From positions 62,186,001-62,250,000 of the forward strand of contig OX597821.1 in assembly GCA_951406725.2 (NCBI GenBank): a DNA stretch of 64,000 nt, written 5' to 3'. Below, piece after piece: positions 39,166 to 53,142 of this stretch (the stretch's first letter is position 1; the number at the start of each line of letters is the position of its first letter). A model generated the notes under the pieces. It saw only the letters and a list, made by a program, of their open reading frames with translations. It made no database searches and was not told the DNA's origin. A program made the position numbers and the translations under genes. This DNA is from Octopus vulgaris. Its lineage: Eukaryota.

Positions 39166-41439
39166 ATAAACAAGTAAGTGACAACGTCAGACAGCAATGT
39201 CGTTGCTTTCACTACGATGGAAAATACCACCAGTAAAAGCTTAGCAAATAATTTTTGTAGCTATATAAAACATAGGGGTGCATTAAACAACGGGGCTTTT
39301 CCGAAAATGTTAACGTGTAGTTTGAAAGGGAAATCTCCCTGCTATTTTGTAGAACATCACCTCTTTTGTAACAGAACAAATATAAATCAGCAATTTGAAA
39401 TATTTCATCTTTTCGCGACATAGATTCAATGAAATAAAAGAATGTTTTATCTCAAAGTATCGCAGCTATAAGATGCAAATTTCTTAATGAATAACAATAT
39501 TAGAATTTCTCATTATTTCTCCGCAGTGTGGTATTATTCATCATCATGGCATTGTTTCTATAAAACAATACTTTACGTTTCTCATTTGTTTACAACATAT
39601 GGGCTATGGAAATTGAACAAAGTCCAGTTATAACTTCAAATGCCAATATTATTCGTAAACAATTACTATGTTCATGAACAATACTTGTTGTTACGTATTT
39701 CGAAAATTCAATTTGCATAATAGAATTTTATGTAACAGGAATTACAGAGAAAAATCCATTACATCAATTTTAAAATGGATACATTTTAATAGAATTTCTG
39801 CCAGTCTGTTAAATTTCTATAAACTTTATCTGATAATATATTTAACTGTTAGCATCTTTTACATGTTGTGTTTATTTGTTATGTTTTTTTTTCCGTTGTT
39901 ATTCTGGCATAGAAAAACTATAGAATTATTCTTCCACGTGATTAAATTAGTACATCAATATAACTGTTAAAATTTTTCTCTTTTTTATGTTATACAATAT
40001 CTATATTTTTTAAAAATCTTAAGCTCTGAAACTTCATCAGTATGAAATTGATTTATACTGTCACAATGTTTAACATTCATAAGTGACATTTCTTTAAACT
40101 ATAGAATACTAACGCTGAATATGTTTTTGGTTTTTCGTGTATAGTGTATAGAAAATGTTATCATTTTTATATTATAATATTTTAAAACTACCGATTAAGA
40201 GAAAAAAGATTTGATGAAAATGTGCGGGAAGAAGTCAATGAATTTAAGTTATAAAAGAGAATTTGCAGTAATGAATTAGATTTGGAGTGTGCTAAATAAA
40301 TCTTATTCTGAAATCTTGATTTAATATTTCTGATTAACTTTTTATGAAAACAATTAATTTATTTCAGTAGCTCAATAAATTACATTTCGTAAACTGGGAT
40401 ATATAAATATTACGACTAATTTAAGTTAATTTATATTTACTCAGTAAATAAAGTGAGTTGTTTCGAAAGCAGAAAAAAGTTCAATATTATCTACAAAATT
40501 TTGTCATTTTTACATACTGTAAATAGGTAGGCATTGACGGGAAATTAACGAAAAATGAAATGTCTTCGATTTACATTGAATCAACATAATTTAGCTACAT
40601 TCCTTCTTTACCTTGAAAATTCTTCCAACAGATTTATCTCAATCACAAATTTAAGAAATGCAGACATGTATCTTCTTTATACTTAGACTTTTCTTCTCCA
40701 AAATCAGCATCTGGATATCTATATGCTAATTAAGTCTATGCTAGATAAATTATTGTTTAGAAATGCAAAGCTGTTCTATTTTTCACCTCTTTCTGCCTCA
40801 TATAGAGAAACAGCATATGTCACCTGTATATGAAAGGATAGTTCCAAATGAATGCTCTGCAAATATTGATAAAATCGCTTCTCTAACATTTACTTACAGA
40901 TGCATTTATCAGTCGATTCTTGTACTTCGGATGCTGTATGGCAATGTGTAGTCTTTGCATAGTGTATGACAATGTGTAGGTTGTAAAGGCAGGGTATTTC
41001 CAGAGAAGCACTCAACCCGAATACTAGGATGTCAATACTTTCGGATTTACATCCCATGCCGGAATTCTTCAGGTGTAGAAAATTGCTGTTTCACATTGGA
41101 CACACAGGAATATGGGTTTCACGAAGTGTAAATTATAATCCAAATAATAAGAAAAAGACATTCGTTAACACAACTTTAATGACTCGTTACAATTGTTTCT
41201 GCACCAACTCTGCTTCCAACGCTAGCTTACGCTAAAATTCGAATTGAAAGCTTACGCGGTTTGCAGTGTTAGACGTTAGCGAATCACTTCATCAGACTTG
41301 CATCAATGGTGTGCTCTCATTTTGTGCGTCTTCCAGACATTGTCCTCTGGCTTGTTTCGCACGGAAACAACAAAAATAAATACAAATGCGGTCATGGGAT
41401 GAGTAAGTAGGGTAGAGATTAAGGGAGGCAGAATAAAAA

Positions 41440-41615
41440 GGAGGAGAAGAAGAAGAAGAAGAAGAAGAAGAAGAAGAAGAAGAAGAAGAAGATCAAGAAG
41501 AAGATGAAGAAAGAAGAAGAAGAAGAAGAAGAAGAAGAAAGAAGAAGAAAGAAGAAGAAGATGAAGAAAGAAGAAGAAGAAGAAGAAAAAGTAGAAGAAG
41601 AAGAAGAAGAAGAAG
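41440..41615. repeat. (GAA)n microsatellite
   Basis: Trinucleotide run. Confidence 0.95.
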
Positions 41616-42078
41616 CTAAATAACATTATTAAATAATGTAGGACCATATATAGCAAACCGATTTATCTAGACGTAGGATAGTGTCGGTCAATACAACGAC
41701 TCCACTGCTACCCAATTTCGTTTGGTGGGTAAAAATATATTTGGCCAGCGGACGACATTCACCCGCGACAACGGGAAGGTAAAAAATATCAAATTGATAA
41801 CTCTGAAAAAAAGACAACTAATTTCTCAGGAATCAAATGAAAATGACGATACACATGATGACTTTGGTGGGGGAGTAGTGTGGTACGTAGTAGGATAACA
41901 TAAATCACCTCCTCACTAGCAGCCATACTTTGTAATCTAAGAGTGTGTAAGGGAGGGAAAAGAGATACAAAAACAAAAAGAAGAGGAAATGTAGTATGGG
42001 TGGTTGTGTCTTAAAGAGTTAAAGCACATACTAAGAATTTAGAGAGTTATTAAAGAGAATTAAAGGAGAATTATAAAC

Positions 42079-42493
42079 TAGGCGCAGGAGTGGCTGTGTG
42101 GTAAGTAGCTTGCTAACCAACCACATGGTTCCGGGTTCAGTCCCACTGCGTGGCATCTTAGGCAAGTGTCTTCTGCTATAGCCCCGGGCCGACCAATGCC
42201 TTGTGAGTGGATTTGGTAGACGGAAACTGAAATAAGCCTGTTGTATATATGTATATATGCGTATGTGTGTGTGTGTTTGTGTGTCTGTGTTTGTCCCCCT
42301 AGCATTGCTTCACAACCGATGCTGGTGTGTTTACGTCCCCGTCACTTAGCAGTTCGGCAAAAGACACCGATAGAATAAGTACTGGGCTTACAAAGAATAA
42401 GTTCCGGGGTCGATTTGCTCGACTAAAAGCGGTGCTCTAGCATGGCCGCAGTCAAATGACTGAAACAAGTTAAAGAGTAAAAGAGTAAAGAGT
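42079..42493 (+). mobile_element. SINE family A, full length
   Basis: GGAGTGGCTGTGTGGTAAG head, GGTTCAGTCCC B-box-like, internal (TA)/(TG), tail GGTGCTCTAGCATGGCCG-CAGTCAAATGACTG-AAAC-(AAAGAGT)n. Confidence 0.9.
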
Positions 42494-42814
42494 ATGTTAG
42501 CTTGAACATATGGCTTACGTAAATTGAAGACATAAAAATAGTGAAACAGGGAAAATATAGACAAACCAGAAAGAGAGGGAGAGAGAGAGAGAGACAATGA
42601 ATAAATAAATAGGATGTAAAGATTGAAAATTAATACTATACTTAGCTAGTGATAGATAACTACTAACCGTATGGATGAGACTTGGGTGAAAGCGATTACA
42701 GTATATATATATATAATGTATTACATTTAAACATTTTGTAGAAAAGTTACAAAATTAAAAGATTAAATTTATCAAGATCAGGAGTTTAAAATCAGCAAAA
42801 ATAACATGAAATTA

Positions 42815-43172
42815 AATATAAGGACTCCAAATTTGCCATCAAGATGTAGGACAAGATACTGTGACAGCCTGGGCTTCAGAGGCCCACAGCTCTTCAATAT
42901 CCTCCCGAAGAACCTGAGGGACCTGCATGGTGTAGATGCGGATGTCTTTAAAGTAGGACTGGATCTCTTCCTGTCAGGTGTCCCGGATGAACCAACTTCA
43001 CGGCATGAGGTGCAGATGAGGGCAGCTGCATGGAACTCTCTCATGCATCAGATGGCGTTTGCTAAAAAGCATCCGTGAGGTAAAATCGTGTAGCAAACCA
43101 AATGGCGGTGCCCCAGCATGGCCACAGCTCATTAGCTGAAACTGGAAAAATCAAAATCAAAATCAAAATCAT
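42815..43172 (+). mobile_element. 5'-truncated CR1-like LINE 3' end
   Basis: GPQLFNILPKNLR...FKVGLDLFLSGVPDEP...NSL is homologous to the ORF2 C-terminus at 252-430. (AAATCA)n tail. Confidence 0.88.
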
Positions 43173-43498
43173 ATATTAATTATGTAGTACGTTGATAAAT
43201 CTGGGCGGGTGTGTTCTAAAGAATTAAAACAGAAATTACACTTTATATATTTACCACAATCACTTCACCCGCAGTCACTTTGTTTTTGTTTACTACCGCC
43301 GTAACATAGAGTTTAGGTAAAAAAACATAAGAATAGAATAAGTAACAACTAATAATTAACTACTGTGCTTGACTTGCTCGAAAGAATATATTCAAGGCCG
43401 TACCGTACAATGGCTGCAGTCCAATGACTGAATGCAGTATAAGATAATAATTAAACATTATATATATAAAGAAGACAACAAAAGGAAATTTTGATTCA

Positions 43499-43537
<39 letters not shown>

Positions 43538-43634
43538 AATTTATAGAAATGTGTAGTAAATATACAAACGGACATATACTAAATACACAGGCCAACAGAC
43601 GACACAGGTCACCAACTCCTCATCAGTTATCGGT

Positions 43635-44073
43635 CAAACGCAATTTCGGCCATGATCGATAATATTACATCCACCCTGTAGGCACCGGTAAGAAACTTAT
43701 CGGGAATGAGAACAAAATATAACAAAAGAAGACGGGCTTGAGACAAGACCGTTAATGGAGGGAAGAGGATGAAAACAATAAACAGAATATAGGCTAGACG
43801 AGAACAATCAATAATAATAAAATTAATACATATACAACAAAAAACTCCGTGGGACTGTAAGAAAGACAAAGGTGGGTAACACAAATGAGACATGAAAACT
43901 ATCATACAGGACTGTAGACACGGGCGGGTAGGGCGGGCAGCACAGAGAATCGTCATTGGTCCGGCTGAACGTGACGCGAAAAGGATGACACCATTTTAGC
44001 CTATATCAGGTCATGTTTCAAACAAAATTATCGATAATGTCAATATTATTGATAATGGCCGAAATTGCGTTTG
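43635..44073. mobile_element. Candidate MITE bounded by ~32 bp inverted repeats
   Basis: CAAACGCAATTTCGGCCATGATCGATAATATT versus AATATTATTGATAATGGCCGAAATTGCGTTTG. Confidence 0.5.
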
Positions 44074-44443
44074 TAGAACCTGCAACATAAAAATGTCAAT
44101 TAAAAAGAAATATATACATTTTCAAGTCAAACATAAAACGAAATTCTATGCTGTGTCTTCTTCCGCCATGTCTGTGTATATACGTACACTCATACACTCA
44201 CTCACAAACACACATATGTACGTATGTGTATATATATGTATGTACGCATGTATGTATACTCTAACTCCTTAAAGTGTTTCAACTCGAAAACTGCGGTCAT
44301 GCTGCAATAGATTCTGCACCTGACTTGTGACATTGAGATGTTGTTTAATAATCGGCAAATGTAGGGAGATTTTTCAAGTGCGTAACATGCAGCAAATTCG
44401 ACTTATATGCTAAGCACATGCATTGTGCATGCGGGATCTATAA

Positions 44444-46437
44444 CACTGGGGAACAAATGAAAACAAAATGCTGATGCCTCACGTTTTAGACCTGATTATA
44501 AGTATATTCAGTCCTCCGAACAACAATATGTCATTCGTTTCTTTCTAACAGTCATACTTTTTGAGATAATGTACAGCTGCCCGCATATAACTCTGTGATA
44601 GGCTACCAGCATTGTTATTATAGAATCAGAGATGACCTGTTGTGTATTTGACAAATGCTTAAATATACATTCAGGAAAGAGAGAAAATGCATTTCTGATG
44701 TTGTGAATAGGGCATACTTAAGCTATTTCAAAATAAAACTAAGGAACAAAGACAAGATATGGGCTTCAGACGCTAAGTTAAAAACAAAAAAAAAAAGACC
44801 TGTATTGTACACCTTCGAGATTGAACAAATGGTATGAAGAAATGTCTGAAATTTGATATATGTATGGTGTGGAGAGAACAGAGTAATCACTGTGAAGATT
44901 GCTACTTCTGTTTGGTTAACATAAATGGCATTAATGGACGTAAACGGAGTAAATGGGTGTATCCTGACTTAAACTCGGCAACACGACGTGTTCATCAGTC
45001 AGATCAAATACTAGTCCCATCATTCACTAATGTAGAAGAACTCCCTGGAGCTTCACATATAAACAGTAGTCATGATGCTAATGATTTTGAAGGGACTTTG
45101 TCGGTGGCACAGGTTTTTATACAACTGGAGCTCAACGATCTCATTAGGGAGTGAAATCACTGAAAGAAATCAGCAGAATTGTTGGCGCCGGGACTATCAG
45201 AAAAGAATGTATTGCATCCGGAAACCAAAATCACATATTATCGCAATAGAGAGAGTGATTTACTGCCGTTCTTCTTGGAGTAAAGGGAATCTGTTTTTTA
45301 CAACAATGTTCCAAACCTGCTGATGAAAATGGGAGTATCACAATATCTACTATGGGAATGGCAGCTGTTCATAGGCAGTTCTAAGTGGAGCATAAAATGT
45401 ATCCTTCTACACAGCGGAAACAAATATCGATCAGTCCCAATTGATCACCCAACTAAGACGACTGAAGAGCAAAAATCAGTTGCATTGGTCCTACAGAAAA
45501 AAATCATACCTCGATCAACATTTTTTAATCTGTGTCCACTGAGAGAAGAAGAAAATGGTTGTAGGAGCAAAGAATATAATTTCAGAAACATTGGTTGACC
45601 AGAATAAGATAATTTTACCACCACTGCACGCTAAATTAGGTTTAATGAAGCAGTTTGTAAATGATCTGAAAGGAAATTCTTTGGCTAGATCTGCAGAAAA
45701 CTTCCAGAAGAGAGCATGAAGCTAACGGCTGGTATCTTTGGCGGTCTGCAAATCAGAGGACTCATGAATGATCCAGATTTCAAAGATTCAATGAAAAATA
45801 CAGAGGTAGATGCATGATCTACTTTCACTATGTTTGCACAGAATATTCTTGAGATCTATAAAGCAGTTAATTACAGAGAGTTAGTAGGGAGAATGCTACC
45901 TTCCCTCCGTCACCTTGGCAGCACAATGAGTATCACAGACATTTGGATTGTCTCCTAGAAATTCTTGGTGAAGAGCAGATGGAACAATTCCACCAAGGTT
46001 TAAGAACTATGGAAGAAAGATACCGGGGACCATTCTGATGACAGATTACTGCTCGTCTATTCAAAGTCATTGCCCTGGCACAACTCACCGGAAAAAGTCT
46101 ATGAAGTGCCGATCTTGTAAGATATCTGAGTGAATAAACAGAGTATCAATGACAACTTTCTATGCTTGTTTCCTTATTATTCTCTGATGTAAATTCTTCA
46201 TAACTAAAATACACCTACGTCTATGAATTTGTTTTATCAAGCCAGAAGTCAAAAATAATGATTTGTAGACATCATTCCTAGTGCCCGATTGGTTGTATGC
46301 ATTAAAATTTGGGGTATATCAAATTTTAGTTATTAGAAGTGATGGAAAAATCTAATGATATATTTAGAATCAGAGACCAAAACTTAGACCCCCAAATGGT
46401 CTAATATTTGAGGCACCAGTTTTCATGTTCCACAGTG
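44444..46437 (+). mobile_element. Chapaev3-like DNA transposon, decayed, with TIRs and 3-bp TAA TSD
   Basis: TAA-CACTGGGGAACA...TGTTCCACAGTG-TAA. Transposase motifs MVWREQSNHCEDCYFC, YPDLNSA, LPPLHAKLGLMKQFV, AGIFGGLQIR, EQFHQG..TMEERY. Confidence 0.85.
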
Positions 46438-46929
46438 TAATGTTTTCATTTTCTGACCCTGATAATACTATGTAGTTAAATTTCCTTTCAGAAATTACTT
46501 CGCCGCAGTACATCAGCAAATAGATTTTATTCCATTTGCATATAAACTATCGAACAGCTATTCAATTCATTTCGAGATGATCCAATTACATGATATTGAT
46601 TAGTAACGATAATGGCAAAATATCAGTATGCATAATTCTCTTCAACACCGAGCTGAGTTGTCTTCCCTTGTCTGTGACAATCGGTTGTTCTTTAAAACAC
46701 GGCGTGTGTACGGAGATTATAGGGGATGCTATGCTACAGCAAGCACATTGGGCCCATAAGGAAAACGCATACTCTTTGTATGTGCAAACGCTAATGCTTA
46801 TATATATATGTCAGTGCGTGAGTGTATATGTGCATACACATACACACACATATATATATATATATATATACATTGGTGGTCCGGATTTGTTGTCTGTGAA
46901 CTGTTGAGCTTTCCGATAATGCATTTCCT

Positions 46930-47525
46930 TTCTCGTCAATATATAGTTCCTTGCAATTGCGGCATTTAATGCAGTAGATGAAATTACCGCTTTTGCAGGT
47001 TCATATCTGCACTTCTGAAAATTTGAGCATTTTTTGTTCTAATGGATCTACTAGTATGCATGTATTGATACGTTCCATATCTGTTATCATTACACGTGGA
47101 TACTGCAAATATTTTATCCTTTTTGGTCATGCTGAATGTTGCCATTGTTAATAGTTTCTTTGGGTTATGTGGTTACCTGTGTGCTTAAGATAAGTGCTTG
47201 ATTAGTTATGTTTTTCTTTAATTTTTCTCTTTGTCACATGATTAGCAAATTTGTTTTGATGATGATAAAGTTGTTTTGGTGATACAGATTGAGTGTTGCT
47301 AGAAATGGTATTGTGTTCCGTTGATGGGTTCGTCTTTCTTGTGTTGCCTAATGTTGTTTTATACCTATCTCTTTTGCTCGTTGTATGCTATTTTCTATAA
47401 GTAGGAGAGAGTATTTTTGATTGAGCAAAAATCCTTTGAGTTCTATAAGTCGTATGTTCCTGATATTTACATCATCTAATATGGTACAAATTTTTCTGGT
47501 TAGATAAATTTCTAAGGGTTTAGTC
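46930..47525 (-). mobile_element. Penelope-like element fragment (post-RT region)
   Basis: LTRKICTILDDVNIRNIRLIELKGFLLNQKYSLLLIENSIQRAK resembles the PLE thumb/linker. Confidence 0.7.
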
Positions 47526-47717
47526 ATATATAAATGTGTGTGTGTGTGTCTGTGTGTGCGTGCATGTGTTTCATGCATGTATGATTATATGTAGGTGTAA
47601 CTTAGATGCTTGCATACAATCAAATATAGAATACATAACGCATGCATACCTTCGTATCTTTATATGCATAGATTCATACATACATTCATACATGCATGCT
47701 TACACACACACGCACAT

Positions 47718-47753
<36 letters not shown>

Positions 47754-48129
47754 GTATATATATACACACACAAATACTGTGTGAAGAGAGGGAACATTAA
47801 GTGGGCCACCTTGCTGCAGCTGTCTCATAACGAAAGATCTTATCTGTCGTAAGTTTTATTCTTTAACAAAAATGAGACAAACTGTATGATGTAGTCGGAA
47901 AGGAATTAAATTATTTTGACTACAACACGGAATAGTAGTGATTCCACCTACTTGAAGATCCTTATACCAGTTCCACTTCCACCTGTGGCAATGAGAAGGA
48001 GAAGCTGATAAGCGAATAAAAGAACTATTTCAATAGCAACAACATTTCCATCAACAAAAACAGCAAATGCCAGAACAATGGCAAGGGCAGCAATAACATT
48101 CGTAATAGCAGAGATAATCGTTTCTACAA

Positions 48130-48325
48130 TAGACACAAGGCCTGAAATAGAGGGGAGGGGAGTAGTCGAGCGCATCGACCTCAGTACTTCAATGGTACTA
48201 AATTTCTCGATACTGAAAGGATGTTGGCAAAGTAGACCTCAGCGGAATTTGATCTCAGAACGTAGCATCGGGTGAAATACCGTTAAGCCTTTCGTCCAGC
48301 GTGTTAACGATACTGCAAGCCCGAT
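48130..48325 (-). mobile_element. SINE family C, diverged
   Basis: Homologous to 28113-28260. Confidence 0.75.
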
Positions 48326-49697
48326 GATGTGTCGAACAGGGAAGCTTGCACAGAAAGTGTATTAGAAAATGCTGCAATCTTTCTCTAATAAAGTAAGAAC
48401 AGGTTCTCAAGTGATCAACTTGACCTTCAGAATTTCAGCCGCTGAAATACATGTGTTTGTATAACGCGTGGCTGGATGTATAGACTAAAATACTAGTTAT
48501 TTATCAAATAGTAGCATACCCACTGAAATATTTCTGAAAAATGGCGGCATCCTTCATCTTTCTGTTAATAGGGGGACAAAATACATTTTGAATCAGAATA
48601 AGTCTTACTTCACTAATGAGTTTGAGAATTTTACTAAATGTGGAAGCATTTTAATACTAATAAACATGGCAATTTTATCTCTCGGTTAAAACCTCGCAAT
48701 TTTCTACCCTGGGAAGGAATTGTGTGGTATCCTGCCTCCAAATACGTAGTAAACTTGTCTGACCTTGTACTTCTGCATAAAAATCGTAATTAGTATGAAG
48801 CAGAAAAAAGTAATCTCTAGACGAAATTGTATAAATGAAACGTTTGGGATTGATTTTTCTAGCCGGATATTAATGGATAATATCTCGTCATAAAATCGAC
48901 GGAGTGTATAGCTTGACTTGCTATTGATTTTACGCATGAATCCGTAATTAGATTTTTTCAGCAAACTACACACGCTGCGATGAAAGGAAGGGATTGCTAT
49001 ATTTTCTTTTCTTCTCTTTAATTGTAAAGATTCTTTGATACATAGAAGTGCAGGTGAGGTCAGTGAGCGAATAAAAAGATTATGCACTAATAGGCGACTG
49101 ACAGAGCGTCGTCTATTGCCATTATCCATATTTGCTCGTTCAATTATATATGAGTATGTTCCACTCGGTCTTTTTGCAGATTTGGGTTATAGATTCACAC
49201 ATCAGTTTTCAGGTATTTTCTATGAAGAATAAGTCGTATATCTACTCAGGGTATAAACTCGCATTGCATTACCACCGAAATATTTTTATCAGATTGTAAT
49301 CATAAACTTAAATCAATCATAGTTCATAACTTGAAGAGCAAATATGGAAGCGGAAAGTAATGAAAGTCTTTGTTCGTCACACTGGCGATAGAATCCGGCA
49401 GAGTTTAATGATGACAGTAAGATTGTTTGACAAGTGGAATGACAGCAGTTTACGAAACCAGTCTTTCAACGGATTAGTCAAATATTGATCGGCGAAAAGA
49501 GACTTTGAAATGCCTGAATATTCTTACACCTTACAGTGCAACAAATTGCAAGCAGATCTGCTCTTTGTTATATTTCCAATTTCTGCTCTTCGAATACATT
49601 TCTTCCTCTTTATCAACATAATCGATTCCAAGTTTCATTTCATCGGCTTGGTGAACGTTATCATTGTTATTGTCACACCCACTGTTTTCGTGTTCTA

Positions 49698-50059
49698 TAG
49701 GCGTAGGAGTGGCTGCATGGTAAGTAGCTTGCTTATCAACCAAATGGTTCCGGATTCAGTCCCACTGCGTGGCACCTTGAGCAAGTGTCTTCTATTATAG
49801 TCACGCGCCGACCAAAGCTATGTGAATGGATTTGGTAGTCGAAAACTTAAAGAAGCTCGTCCCGTGTGTGTACCGTTGGCGATGTTTTTCCTCTGTCTTC
49901 CCTTCTCTGGATCTTTCCTTCTCCTATGTTTCCGACGAAGAGCTCCGCTCGAAACCTTAAACCCTCCTTTTTTCCTTCTTTCCGAGCGTCCAATAATACT
50001 ATATTTGTTCCACGTCCTCTCATTGTTGTGTTTTTTGTGCGTTCATGTTTGGATTAACT

Positions 50060-50137
<78 letters not shown>

Positions 50138-50375
50138 ATATACATATATATATATATATGTGTGTGTGTGTATGTTTGTGTGTCTGTGTTTCTACCCCCA
50201 ACATCGCTTGACAACCGATGCTGGTATGTTTACGTCCCCGCAACTTAGCGGTTCGGCAAAAAAGACCGATAAAATAAGTACTAGGCTTCCAAAGTATATG
50301 CTCGACTAAAGGCAGTGCTCCAGCATGGCCGCGTTCAAATGGCTGAAACAAGTAAAAGAGTAAAGAGTAAAGAGT
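49698..50375 (+). mobile_element. SINE family A interrupted by a hammerhead-variant element
   Basis: Head 49698-49862, insert about 49865-50062, microsatellite, tail to 50375. Confidence 0.85.
49865..50062 (+). mobile_element. Short hammerhead-variant element
   Basis: ttt-CCGACGA-A-GAGC-tcc-GCTC-GAAACCTT-aaa. Confidence 0.6.
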
Positions 50376-51775
50376 ATACCACTTTCTTTTCTTTCTTTAC
50401 TTATCTAACATCTCATCGTTCCCTTATACTTACAGCCCCTTGTCTGCACTTATTCCCTTATTAGTGCTAGTACAATGTATTCATTTAAGTGAGGGGTAGC
50501 ATTTTTGTCTACTTTCCTGTCCTGTATATTGTGCATTTAGTTTCTTATTTTTGTCTTACTTTTAGTCTAAGAAGTTCATCCTAATGTCTTCTTCAGTGGC
50601 CATAAAATGTATTTCAGGTTTCCGTCCGTCAACCACAACTAGCGTTCTTTAAAATCAACTCCGTCAGTTTGTTGACTGAATTTTGTTGGATATAATTCCA
50701 TTTTGCTCTATCCAGTTATTCTAAATTTTTCTGTTTTGAATTTTAAAAAGGAGCAATTGATAGATTGACAGATATACAGGAGGAAAATAATGAACTTGTA
50801 GTTTATTATTCCATCTTTTAAAGTTCTGATTAAGACATGAGTCTTAGCGTTTGACACTTCCTGCCATTATGAATTTTTAAAAATCACCAACCATTCAATC
50901 CAATATTAACCCCTCTTTACGTCATTGTTGGTCGCATGTATGTGAGTTTTTAGTGTACCAATGTTTCTTTTTTATTGTAATTTAATATATTCCAGAACGA
51001 TAACACAGCGGCTGTATGTAACTTTGTAAAGAAAAAAACATATAATCATTCTTCAAATGAAGTGCTTTTTCTTCACATTTTACGCAAGTCATTGGAGTTT
51101 TTTTTATTAGAAAAGACCCATACTAATGTGGGGATAAATACTAAATTGGGTTCGTATACTGATTCTATCTTTAACAGATATTTTGTAATAGACTACGTTC
51201 CTAGTTACAAAATTTGTGATTGCATGAAAATGTAACTTCTGTATAATGACAGAGAGGTTAAACTACTGCCATGCCTGAAAAACGAGTGCCCGACACTTAA
51301 GAGATCCGATATGGTCGAAAATACGTGACCTGGTGGTGTCAAAGCTAGGATGGAAGGAGTTATTTCCCGTTTGCAATATATATATCGAATGCAGAAAGCT
51401 CATTGAATAAACCAGCTTGAGAAGATGTCTTCTTAGGGTTAAAACGGTAGGATCGTCGTCACTTACAGAACAACCACGTTAAGGTGAAGATAAACATACT
51501 TGCTTTTTTATAATTCATTTTTATTCAATAATGCCGTATAGAAATTCATGTTTTAGTTATAGTGCATACGTTTTGATAACATTTCAGTTTATTGATAACT
51601 ATTGCATTATGGTCATGGTATCAACTGCAAACGAGGGAGACAGAGAAATTTTACGTACAGATTCAAAATATACAGGAAAACGAAGATGAGATGACTATAA
51701 GCAGTAATTGCATGAACAATCACTTTACAACAGCTTTGGTAATACTACATATAAAACACGCACAAACATAAGCAC

Positions 51776-51866
<91 letters not shown>

Positions 51867-51877
51867 TATATATATAT

Positions 51878-52283
51878 TAGGCACGTACCGCCAGTAATTA
51901 CTCGGGGTAGGTAGTTGGCGACTTTTATGTAGTAAAACACATAAAATTAGCGAAACAAATGTACATGACTGAGATGAAAGCATATCCATTTCTGTCTTCA
52001 TAGCACACAAAGAAAATAGTGTTGGAGAAATGTACGGAGCACGTGTACTACAGTAATACTATGGGTAGCTTAAATCCTGAGATAGAAAAGCAAGGGCGAA
52101 TTATCCCTACCGCAACTACAAAAAAATAAAGCATTTTGCCTTTTATGCATAGCAATCAAACTAACCTTCATAATTTTATTGAATTAAGTGCATATTTTGT
52201 CATAAGAGGAAAATGTTGCTATCGAATTATTTTATTCAAAGTAGGCACTGCTTACATTGTCTAACCGGGCGGCAGGTCCCTGA
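51878..52283 (-). mobile_element. Non-autonomous DNA element (CAGGG terminus, hAT-like), copy 1
   Basis: Diverged inverted paralog of 55064-55466. Confidence 0.55.
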
Positions 52284-52659
52284 CGCGTATTTATTATTAA
52301 ATAAATGCAACATATGCTTTTATGTACTACAACTAGTTTCATGTGCCGAGAAATTGCCAGGCACTATTTTAAACACGTCCAGTGTTCTAGTGCAATCTTA
52401 AGACACTGCTGACATGGCATAACAAACTAAAAATGTGAGGATAGATTGGGAGAAAAAGCGAATGAAATGTGGAAAAGAAGTAGATATGAAAAGAGGAATG
52501 TTGGAAAACTGGAAAATGAAAAAGAAAAAAGAAATATATATATATGTGTGTGTGTGCGCGTGTGTGTGTGTGTGAGTGTATGTGTGTGGTGTGTGTGTAT
52601 TTCGTTTTGGGATTTGGTTTGCAAGATTCTTTATATGTGTTCATGTGTTGAAGAATATT

Positions 52660-52875
52660 CTATTGTGTCTGGGGAGAGTCATTTTCTTTTTGTGCCTTAT
52701 TATTTAACACACACACCGGTAAAATTTCCACTTTTTTTTCATACTTTTATTGTCCTAAAATTTTTGTTGCGTCTTGCAACCTTTTCAATAGTCTTGACTC
52801 TCTAGTGGAAATTTTACCGGTGAGTGTGTTAAATAATATGGTACAAAAAGAAAATGACTCTCCCCAGACACAATA

Positions 52876-52876
<1 letters not shown>
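52660..52876. repeat. 73-bp inverted repeat (52660-52732 / 52804-52876)
   Basis: ctattgtgtctggggagagtc...aaaatttccact versus its reverse complement, about 3 mismatches. Confidence 0.92.
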
Positions 52877-52930
<54 letters not shown>

Positions 52931-53142
52931 GTGAAATAGAAAGATGAATAATCTTGTTGCAGATTAATCAAAAGTTTAACCGATACCTTGGTAGCAAAAA
53001 TCACAGCAGAAGACAGCACGGTTGGAGGTACAACCATATGGTGTTGCAACCGTGCGTTGGTGCGGATAATTGAATTTTAATATTTTTAGTGAATTGAAGA
53101 AATGGAGTTGAACGAAGATTGAACAGAAATCGTTTTATTTCA

